NCBI GenBank assembly: GCA_964016885.1
Contig: OZ024740.1
Coordinates: forward strand, 29,946,001 to 30,010,000
Origin: Eledone cirrhosa
Lineage: Eukaryota
Length of the DNA: 64,000 nucleotides
Direction: 5' to 3'
In this document: in pieces, positions 12,321 to 23,242 of the stretch
How positions within the stretch are numbered: position 1 is the stretch's first letter
Layout of the letters: each line of letters starts with the position of its first letter
Translations under genes and position numbers: made by a program
Notes under the pieces: model-generated
The model's database searches: none
The model's input: only the letters and a program-made list of their open reading frames with translations
What the model was told of the DNA's origin: nothing

Positions 12321-12803
12321 GCTGCCAAGAACGAAATTTTTCGGCAAAATTAGATATTTATTTTACCCCCTAAAAAGGGGGTAAATGCAAAAATGTTTCC
12401 CTAAATAACAGGGGTTAGTGTTCCAAATGTGTTGCACTGAAAAATTTATCCGGTACTTACAATAGTAAGGGTAAATCCAGATGGAATAGCGGAGCCGATG
12501 TGAAGCGTGTCTTACTCTATCAAGATAGATAGATAGATATGTTTCTTTTATTTGCCACAAGGGCATCAAAAGTGGGACAAGTACAATGGGGGGAGTTTAC
12601 AAAACAAGGCGTCCTCAATAGTGAGGAGGCAATAACAATATATAAAAATAAAATAAAATATAACAAAAAATAAAATTTATAACAAAATCCTCAATAGAGA
12701 GGAGGCGCCTTGGGGGGTCGCTCACACCCCCGAAAAAAGTGTGCAACCCTTTTCCTCAGGAGCACAGAGAGGGGGTGCTCCCTCGTTCCTTCCTCTTTTC
12801 CAC

Positions 12804-15800
12804 CTACAGGCTCATGTAAAGAGAAGGCCCATTCACACGGGCCATTCTCGCCACTTTCACCCACCTTTCATAAAAACGACTGGGGTGCAGCACCTCTCTC
12901 TCCATCCTGATCCTTCTTCCGAAATGATATCGGAAGAAACGGACCAGTTGTTGGCCAGAGAGAAAGGTGCCTGACCTCAGTCCTTTCAGACGCGTCCACC
13001 ATACAACCTCTTTCGCCATGGCTATTACGCACAGAAACACCGCCTCTGCTTCATCTTTGAAGGGGGGAGGCGGCTTGATCATTACAATAGACTCGGTGGT
13101 CAACCGGATCAGTCCCACCCTTGACAGCAGTTGTTCGACATAGCCCCACAGATCGGCTACGCCCGAGCAGTGTACCAATGCGTGTGCAACGGTTTCCTCG
13201 TCGCACACGCATCTGGGACAGATCTTTTTGGCGGGGTCCCTACCCGGGCGCCCGTGTCTGTAGAGCCTTTCTCGAACGGGTAAAGCTCCTCGGTAGCACT
13301 GCCAGGCCAGGGACTTCTGGAAGTTGTCCATAGGTCCCGGGCTGAATGTCCTACCGAACAGGCTGGCCAGTTCGTCCTCCTCCATGTCTAGGGCTTCTCC
13401 GAGGGCGTCGTCGCACCTGCTGCGTACCAGCCCTCTATAGAATGTTGCGGTGGAGTCTCCACTGATAACCGGATCCGCCTGCCAGAGGGCGGTGAGCGCC
13501 TGGGCACACTCAGTGTGCCAGGCGCCCAGTTTTCTCGGTCTTTGCTTGACCCAGGATTGCAGCTCGGTGAGTGAGACGAGTCTGGGAAAGGTTCGTCTCA
13601 CAAACGAGGCCCACACCGGTTGTCCGGTGAGGAATACGTAGAGGTGCCGTAGCCTTAATGCGTGTTTACGCATCATTAGCCACGGCATCTCCAGCCCTCC
13701 TTTCGAAGGGTGTTGACAGCAGATGGATCTCCTCACCATAGGAGCCCGCCTCTTCCAAAGGAATTGGAAGAGCGCGCGCTCCATCTTGGTGAGGGTTTCC
13801 CTTGGGCAGGGCACTACGGTCAGGCGGTAGTAGATGACGGACGCTATGTAGGTGTTCGCCACCTCCGCCCGACCTTTCGGGGATAGTTTGCAACTGGCCC
13901 ACTTCTGGGTCAGTGCAAACACCCTGTTCGTAACCTCCGCCCAGTTTTTCTCCACCTGGAGGTCCGGTCCGAACCAGACCCCGAGCAACTTCACCGGGCC
14001 CTCCGTCCAACGTCCGACGACGCCATCGGAGGGCATCGGTCTGCCCCCTCCACGTGCCGAGTTGCAAACCGATCGACTTGTCCCGGTTCAGCTTAGCCTC
14101 TGTGAACTTTTCGTACTCCTCCAGTAAGGTGCCGACCGCCTCGATTTCGGAGGCCGTCGACACCATTACTGTCACGTCATCGGAGTAGGCCGACACCGCT
14201 TTCCGCAATCCCGGTTCCAAAGGGATGCCCTGCAACAACTCCAACTTCCGCAGTAGTGGCTCGAGAGTCAACACATACAGAAGGGAGGAGAGAGTGCACC
14301 CTTGTCGGATGGACCGCGCGATTTTGAACGGCTCCGAGTGGTAGCCGTTCACCTTGACCCTAGAGCAGATGCGGCTGCTGTGCATAGCAGTGATCCAGCC
14401 CCTGAAAACGGGTCCGAATCCTGCCGCCGCTAGCACCGCATCCAGGTAACCATGGTCGACCCTATCGAACGCCTTAGATTGATCCAAGTTGATCAGAGCC
14501 CCACCAAAGCCGGGTTGGTTCCCAACCCTCTCTATGATGTATCGCATGAGGTGGAGGTTGTCATGGATGGACCTGGACAGGATAGCGCATGTCTGCGCAT
14601 CTCCCACCAGGTTGCCCACGACAAGCGCCAACCTCTTTGCTAGCACCTTGGCCAAAATCTGTAACTCTGTATTTAGCAGAGTTATGGGCCTGAAATTATT
14701 TATATCGTCCTCCTTGTTCTCGTCCTTCCTCACTAGCGTGACTACGCCCTTGGTCACAGTACAGGGAATTCTCCCGTTCTGTTGCCAGTTGCAGTAGACC
14801 GCCTCGAGGAGATCGGGGAACAAGTCCGGCATAGCTAGATATAATTCGTAAGGAAGACCATCGAGACCCGGGGATTTGCGTTTGCCGCATTGGCTCAGCA
14901 CGTCCTCTATCTCAGCGGCCGAAATCGGCTCCTCGCAGGACTTTGCCTCCCTGTCCGAGAGGCGCGGCAGGCCGTCGAGGTATGGACCGAAGTCCACGTT
15001 CCCAACCGGCTCCCCGCCCTTCCCGAACAGTCGGGCAAAGTGCCTTTGAAAGGCCTCACACATCTGCTTAGGCTCAAGAATCGCCCGTCCATCCTGGTCT
15101 CGCAAAGACCGGATGGTGGATTTAGTTCCACTGTTGGCCTCTGTCACGCGGGCCCAGCTAACAGCTTTGGTCCCCTCGTTCCCTAGAGCACGTATTTTAC
15201 TTCGGACAACGCAGCTTTCGTGCTTCGCGTCGAAAAACTGGCTCAAAGCCGTTCTCGACGCTAGCACTCTGGCCACGTCGCCGCTTCTAATTGCCTCTTC
15301 TACTCTATCTATTAGCTCCCTTTCCTTCCTATTCCTATCCGCAGCTAGAACCTTACTAAATTCTATCGAGACTACTCTAATCTCTCTCTTTAGAGATACC
15401 CACCACCTGCTGTTGACGATCGCTCCAGTCAACCGTTCCTTAACTAACGTACTAATCCGATTCCTGTAGGCTCTACTTGCCGGCAAGGACAAGTTGAGCT
15501 TCCAGTAACCGGGGCCCTGTCTATGAGTTCTGTCAAGGTTGACCATGCAGGTCACTAATTTGTGGTCTGAATAGCCAACCATGCGCATTTTTGGACAACT
15601 TAAAAACTCCTTATCCTTAATTCTAACTAAGAACCTATCTAGGTACGTCCTAGATGATCCGCTACGATTTGCCCAAGTCCAGGTTGGCGCAGTCGGAAAA
15701 TCTAGTTGATATCTATCGGCCAGGTCAAATCGACCGATTAACCCTTTGAGGCTATTACACCCCTCTCTATCGGGGCAGGCCCCTACGTAGTCCCAGCGTG

Positions 15801-16242
15801 CATCTAGGATACCATTCCAGTCCCCCACTAATAGCAAGGAGCGGGACGTCCCTAGAAAAGTCTCCAGACGATGGAAGAAGTCCGGCCGCATTGACCCGAA
15901 AGGGCCGTAGGCAGCTACCAACCTAAACGCTCCGCCTTTACCACTGCCAAGGTCCAGAACCACTAGTCGACCCTCCGGGTCCAAATGTACCATCTGTGTT
16001 GCGAGACCCAGATGTTTTTGCAGCAGAACGACAACCCCACCCCCACCTCCGGGCTGACAGAGAGATGCGTGCATCTCAAAGTCATCAAAGGTGGGGGCCA
16101 GCTGTCGCACGTTGCTGATCCGGGCCTCGCAAATAACCATCACATCTATATGTTGTGACCTGAGGTCATTTAGAAGCATTGCTTGCTTCCAAGTTGAGCC
16201 CAGGCCACGCGCATTTAAACAGCCTACTCTTAGCATAGCCAT
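12804..16242 (-). pseudogene. ORF2 of copy 4, frameshift near 14045, RT motif changed from YADD to YSDD
   Basis: ORFs 13666-16266 (ATG at 16242) and 12804-14036 carry APE, RT and CCHC motifs. Confidence 0.92.
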
Positions 16243-16266
16243 GTTGGTGGTGAAGAGAAAAGGCAC

Positions 16267-18059
16267 TTACCTCTCTGCGTCCCGGGTACCGGGCTGCACA
16301 ATTTCCATTAGGGTGGGGGATGGGTTGTTGGGTGGGGTGGTGGTTTGTGGAAGTGTGGGGGCATCAGTGTGTTGTGTGGTTGGGGAGTTTGGAGTTATGT
16401 GGGTGTTTGGGGAGGGGGTGGGATAGTTTTTTAGGAGGACGCGGTTAATGGGCCCGACGCAGGGGGGACCCACGTCCTCTTTAAAATTGTTTTTTAAAGT
16501 TTTATAGGTGTCCTGTGGGGCCTTAATCATTTTGAGGTGGGGGAAATCCCCTGCCTGGGTGAAGTTAGGCCCTTGTGTTTTTATTAGATTGTTGTTGTAC
16601 ACAATGTTTAACAGTTTTTTGTTTCTTGTGTTTATGTATGTGTATGCATGTTTTTGTTTTTGTGTGGTGTTTTTTGTTTGCTGTTGTTGTGAGCTCTTTT
16701 GTGTTGGTGTCAGTGTTATGTTTTGGGGAGGGGTTTTTTTCATTTGTGTGTCTGAGGTGTGTTTTCTTTTTTTTCTTTTGATTGTGTGGAAGTGCTCCTC
16801 CTCGTCTGACGACGAACTAGGGTCATCTTCCGCGTTGGAGGGGAGGGGTATATTTTCGGGTTGTGTTTGCGGTACGGGTGTTTTGGAAATTGTTTTTGTT
16901 TTTTGAGTGGGGGGGGGGGTTGTACATTGTTTTGTTTTGGTTTGAGCTGTGGTGGTTGTTTTTGTAGTGGTAGTTGTGGTGATTGTGTTGGTTGTGCAGT
17001 TGTTGGTGGTGTAGGCAGGATTGGGGTTTTCTTATTAAGTTGGGGACAGACAGCCCTCAGGTGACCTCTGGTTCCGCAGAGGTAACACGAGGGCCGTCTA
17101 CCCTCAACGGTAATGTTGATGAAGGTTAGATCATCCAGTATGACGCGTTCAGGGATGTGGGCGATCCTTTCGGGCCTCATTTGAACTACAAGTTCGAGGC
17201 TCGTTCCACTGAACGCGTCACCCGATGCCTTTCCCATGGACACCAGCATGTCATCCTCCAGGTCCAGAAAACCTGTCAAAACCCACCATATGTCCATAAT
17301 CGGCAGGATGGTGTGGATTTTTATTTTTTGTGTTCTTCTACCCATGTACGTAGGGTAGAAGGTGTATGCGGTGGATGTGATTGGTTTGATGGACAGTTTC
17401 ACTGCTGTGTCCCTGTCCTTCATGAGAATGGATAGACTCCCGTAGAGTCTATCCTTCTGAATGAAGGTGATGTCCTTCATGACGTCTTTTAAAACCAGCT
17501 CTATCTCGCTCTGTGATGGTTGAGCTGGTTTTTTACTTTTGTTCGAGATTGTCCTAAACATGACCGTGTTTAGGAGTCTCTGGCTTTTTAGTTCCGGGGG
17601 GGAATGGATTGTGAATGAACCATTTTCTCCGTACACTATATATTTTTTCGCATCCGCCAGTAGCTCCTTCGCTTTTGTTATATCTACTGGCAGATAGTCG
17701 AGGGTTTTCTTTGTCGTCTCGGCGAAGGAGAAATTTTGTTTGTTTGTGTTGTTGTTGTCGTTGGTGGTGTTGTTGTTATCATTGTTGTTGTTGTCACCGT
17801 TATTGGTCTTGTTGTTGTTGTTATTGTTATTGTTATTGGTGTTGTTTTCGTCCGTCGCATTGTTGTTGTTGTTGCTGTTGCTGCTGGTTCTTTGGGTTGT
17901 TGCCATGGCAACGTCAAGTTGTCGGTTAACAGGTGGAGAGAATTCTTCCTCTGGCTGACCTTTCTTCTTGACCTCTGCTACTGTGACAGTGGCAGGGGGA
18001 AGCTGTAAGTTCATCTTCCCCTTTCCTCCTTCGAATGTTGGTGAAGAAGCTTCGGCCAT
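16267..18059 (-). pseudogene. ORF1 of copy 4, frameshift near the G run at ~16909-16919
   Basis: ORFs 16740-18059 and 16267-16743, with CYLCGTRGHLRAVC and an Asn-rich N-terminus. Confidence 0.88.
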
Positions 18060-18312
18060 TTAAAAAAATATTGACTTTTCAACAAGAAAAAACTTTTTTT
18101 TTTTTGTTTAACTATTTCGCCTAAAGGCGTAGAATATTTTGAGAGACCGACCAGATCAAAATTTGACCTGGCAGTCCCTCTACAAAATGGTACAAAAATT
18201 AAAGTTATCAGACAAGAATTTCTATAGAAATTTAAACAGAACTTACTCAGCAAGTTATACGCGTGTGTCCATCCCAGAGATCTCTGTGAGATAGATAGAT
18301 AGATAGATAGAT

Positions 18313-21300
18313 ATGTTTCTTTTATTTGCCACCAGGGCATCAAAAGTGGGACAAGTACAATGGGGGGAGTTTACAAAACAAGGCGTCCTCAATAAGGAGG
18401 AGGCAATAACAATATATAAAAATAAAATAAAATATAACAAAAAATAAAATTTATAACAAAGTCCTCAATAGAGAGGAGGCGCCTTGGGGGGTCGCACACA
18501 CTCCCGAAAAAAAGTGTGCAACCCTTTTCCTCGGGAGCACAGAGAAGGGGTGCTCCCTTGGTCTTTCATCTTCCTCACCTATAGTCTGATGTAGAGTGAA
18601 GGCCCATTCACACGGGCCATTCTCGCCACTTTCACCCATCTTTCATAAAAACGGCTGGGGTGCAGCACCTCTCTCTCCATTCTGATCCTTCTTCCGAAAT
18701 GATATCGGAAGAAACGGACCAGTTGTTGGCCAGAGAGAAAGGTGTTTGACCTCAGTCTTTTCAGACGCGTCCACCATACAACCTCTTTCACCATGGCTAT
18801 TACGCACAGAAACACCGCCTCTTCTTCGTTTTTTAAGAGGGGAGGCGGCTTGATCGTTACAATAGACTCGGTGGTCAACCGGATCGGTCCCACCCTTGAC
18901 AGCAGTTGTTCGACATAGCCCCACAGATCGGCAATGCCCGAGCAGTGTACCAATGCGTGTGCAACGGTTTCCTCGTCGCACACGGATCTGGGACAGATCT
19001 TTTTCGAGGAGTTCCTACCCGGGCGCCCGTGTCTGTAGAGCCTTTCTCGAACGGGCAGAGCCCTTCTGTAGCATTGCCAGGCCAGGGACCTCTGGAAGTT
19101 ATCCATGGGTCCCGGGCTGAATGTCCTACCGAACAGGTTGGCCAGTTCGTCTTCCTCCATGTCTAGGGCTTCTGCGAGGGCGTCGTCGCACCTGCTAACC
19201 ACCAGCCCTCTATAGAATGACGAGGTGGATTCTCCACTGACAGCCGGGTCCGCCTGCCAGAGAGCCGTGAGCGCCTGGGCACACTCGGTGTGCCAGGCGC
19301 CCAGTTTTCTCGGTCTTTGCTTGACCCAGGATTGCAGCTCGGTGAGTGAGACGAGTCTGGGAAAGGCTCGCCTCACAAACGGGGCCCACACCGGTTGACC
19401 GGAGAGGAATACCTGAAGGTGCCGTAGCCTTAATGCGTGTTTACGTATCATTAGCCACGGCATCCCCAGCCCTCCTTTCGAAGGGTGTTGACAGCAGATG
19501 GATCTCCTCACCATAGGAGCCCGCTTCTTCCAAAGGAATTGGAAGAGTGCGCGCTCCATTTTGGCGAACGTTTCCCTTGGGCAAGGCACGAAGGTCAGGC
19601 GGTAGTAGATGACGGACGCTATATAAGTGTTCGCCACCTCCGCCTGACCTTTCAGGGACAGTTTGCACTCGGCCCACTTCTGAGTCAGTGCAAACACCCT
19701 GTTCGTTACCTCACCCCAGTTCTTCTCCACCTGGAGGTCTGGTCCGAACCAGACCCCGAGCAACTTCACCGGGCCCTCCGTCCAGCGGCCGACGACGCCA
19801 TCGGAGGGCATCGAGCTGCCCCTCCACGTGCCGAGTTGCAGACCGATCGACTTGTCCCGGTTCAGCTTAGCCCCTGTGAACTTTTCGTACTCCTCCAGTA
19901 AGGTGCCGATCGCCCCGATTTCCGAGGCCGTCGACACCATTACTGTTACGTCATCGGCGTAGGCTGACACCACTTTCCGCAATCCCGGTTCCAATGGGAT
20001 ACCCTGCAGCAACTCCAACTTCCGCAGCAGTGGCTCTAGAGTCATTACATACAGAAGGGAGGAGAGAGGGCACCTCTGTCGGATGGAACGCGCGATTTCG
20101 AACGGCTCCGAGAGGTAGCCGTTCACCTTGACCCTAGAGCAGATGCGGCTACTGTGCATGGCATTGATCCAGCCCCTGAAAACGGGTCCGAAGCCTGCCG
20201 CCGCTAGCACCGCATCCAGGTAACCATGGTCGACCCTATCGAATGCCTTAGATTGATCCAAGTTGATCAGGGCCCCACCAAAGCCGGGTTCGTTCCCAAC
20301 CCTCTCTATGATGTATCGCATGAGATGGAGGTTGTCGTGGATGGACCTGGACGGGATAGCACATGTCTGCGCATCTCCCACCAGGTTACCCACGACAAGC
20401 GCCAACCACTTTGCTAGCACCTTGGCCAAAATCTGTAACTCTGTATTTAGCAGAGTTATGGGCCTAAAATTATTTATATCGTCCCCCTTGTTCTCGTCCT
20501 TCCTCACTAGCGTGACTACGCCCTTGGTCACAGCACAGGGAATTCTCCCGTTCTGTTGCCATTTGCAGTAGACCACCTCGAGGAGATCGGGGAACAAGTC
20601 CGGCATAGCTAGATATAGTTCGTATGGAAGACCATCGAGACCCGGGGATTTGCGTTTGCCGCATTGGCTCAGCACGTCCTCTATCTCAGCGGCTGAAATC
20701 GGCTCCTCGCAGGACTTCGCCTCCCTGTCCGAGAGACGCGGCAGGCCGTCGAGGTATGGACCGAAGTCCACATCCCCAACCGGCTCCCCGCCCCTTACGA
20801 ACAATCCCGCAAAGTGCTTTTGAAAAGCCTCGCACATCTGCTTAGGTTCAAGGATCACCCGTCCATCCTGGTCTCGCAAAGACCGGATAGTGGATCTGCT
20901 CCCTCTTTTGGCTTCTGTCACGTGGGCCCAGCTAACAGCTTTGGTCCACTCGTTTCCCAGAGCACGTATTTTGCTTCGGACGATGCAGCCTTCGTGTTTC
21001 GCGTCGAAGAACTGGCCCAGGGCCGTTCTCGACGCTAGCACTCTGGCCACGTCGCCGCTTCTAACTGCCTCTTCTACACTATCTACCAACTCCCTTTCCT
21101 TCCTATTTCTATTTGAGGCTAACTCCTTACCAAATTCTATAGAGACTACTCTAATCTCTCTTTTGAGAGATCCCCACCACCTGCTGTTGACGATGGCGCC
21201 CGTCAACCGCTCCTTAACTAAAGTGCTAATCCGGTCCCTGTAAGCCTTACTTGCCGGTAAGGACAAGTTGAGCTTCCAGTAACCGGGTCCCTATCTATGA

Positions 21301-23242
21301 GATCTGTCAAGGTTGACCATGCAGGTCACTAATTTGTGGTCTGAATAGCCAACTATGCGCATTTTTGGAGAACTTAAAATGTCCTTATCCTTAATTCTAA
21401 CTAAGAACCTATCTAGGTACGACCTAGATGATCCGCTACGATTTGCCCAAGTCCAGGCTGGCGCAGTCGGAAAATCTAGTCGATATCTATCGGCCAGGTC
21501 AAATCGACCGATTAACCCTTTGAGGCTATTACACCCCTCTCTATCGGCACAGGCCCCTACGTAGTCCCAGCGTGCATCTAGGATACCATTCCAGTCCCCC
21601 ACTAATAGCAAGGAGCGGGACGTCCCTAGAAAAGTCTCCAGACAATGGAAGAAGTCCGGCCGCATTGACCCGAAAGGGCCGTAGGCGGCTACCAACCTAA
21701 ACGCTCCGCCTTTACCACTGCCAAGGTCCAGAACCACTAGTCGACCCTCCGGGTCCAAATGTACCATCTGTGTTGCGAGACCCAGATGTTTTTGCAGCAG
21801 AACGACAACCCCACCCCCACCTTCGGGCTGACAGAGTGATGCGTGCATCTCAAAGTCATCAAAGGTGGGGTCAGCTGTCGCACGTTGCTGATCCGGGCCT
21901 CGCAAATAACCATCACATCTATATGTTGTGACCTGAGGTCATTTAGAAGCATTGCTTGCTTCCAAGTTGAGCCCAGGCCACGCGCATTTAAACAGCCTAC
22001 TCTTAGCATAGCCATGTTGGTGGTGAAGAGAAAAGGCACTTACCTCTCTGCGTCCCGGGTATCGGGCTGCACAATTTCCATTAGGGTGGGGGATGGGTTG
22101 TTGGGTGGGGTGGTGGTTTGTGGAAGTGTAGGGTCATCAGTGTGTTGTGTGGTTGGGGAGTTTGGAGTTGTGTGGGTGTTTGGGGAGGGGGTGGGGTAGT
22201 TTTTTTAGGAGAACGCGGTTAATGGGCCCGACGCAGGGGGGACCCACGTCCTCTTTAAAGTTGTTTTTTAAAGTTTTATAGGTGTCCTGTGGGGCCTTAA
22301 TCATTTTGAGGTGGGGGAAATCCCCTGCCTGGGTGAAGTTAGGCCCTTGGGTTTTTATTAGATTGTTGTTGTACACAATGTTTAACAGTTTTTTGTTTCT
22401 TGTGTTTATGTATGTGTATGCATGTTTTTGTTTTTGTGTGGTGTTTTTTGTTTGCTGTTGTTGTGAGCTCTTTTGTGTTGGTGTCAGTGTTATGTTTTGG
22501 GGAGGGGTTTTTTTCATTTGTGTGTCTGAGGTGTGTTTTCTTTTTTTTCTTTTGATTGTGTGGAAGTGCTCCTCCTCGTCTGACGACGAACTAGGGTCAT
22601 CTTCCGCGTTGGAGGGGAGGGGTATATTTTCAGGTTGTGTTTGCGGTGCGCGTGTTTTGGAAATTGTTTTTGTTTTTTGAGTGGGGGGGGGGACATTGTT
22701 TTGTTTTGGTTTGAGCTGTGGTGGTTGTTTTTGTAGTGGTAGTTGTGGTGATTGTGTTGGTTGTGCAGTTGTTGGTGGTGTAGGCAGGATTGGGGTTTTC
22801 TTATTAAGTTGGGGACAGACAGCCCTCAGGTGACCTCTGGTTCCGCAGAGGTAACACGAGGGCCGCCTACCCTCAACGGTAATGTTGATGAAAGTTTGAT
22901 CATCCAGTATGACGCGTTCAGGGATCTGGGCGATCCTTTCGGGCCTCATTTGAACTACAAGTTCGAGGCTCGTTCCACTGAACGCGTCACCCGATGCCTT
23001 TCCCATGGACACCAGCGTGTCATCATCCAGGTCCAGGAAACCTGTCAAAACCCACCATATGTCCATAATCGGCAGGATGGTGTGGATTTTTATTTTTTGT
23101 GTTCTTCTACCCATGTACGTAGGGTAGAAGGTGTATGCGGTGGATGTGATTGGTTTGATGGACAGTTTCACTGTTGTGTCCCTGTCCTTCATGAGAATGG
23201 ATAGACTCCCGTAGAGTCTATCCTTCTGAATGAAGGTGATGT
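18313..23242 (-). mobile_element. Tx1-clade copy 5 (subfamily C-like), 5'-truncated within ORF1
   Basis: ORF2 runs ~18579-22015 with a frameshift near 21870 and a stop at 21291. Partial ORF1 runs 22040-23242. Homology to copy 4 stops at 23242. Confidence 0.93.

Larger units (their letters stand above)
6832..12522 (-). mobile_element. Tx1-clade copy 3 (subfamily A), full length, nearly intact
   Basis: ORF1 is 565 aa; ORF2 is 895 aa plus 248 aa split by one stop. It is bounded by (GATA)n at ~6798-6831 and ~12523-12538. Confidence 0.95.
12540..18287 (-). mobile_element. Tx1-clade copy 4 (subfamily C), full length
   Basis: Has ORF1 and ORF2. Its 5' UTR is unrelated to subfamily A. It is flanked by (GATA)n at ~12523-12538 and ~18289-18312. 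Confidence 0.95.
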
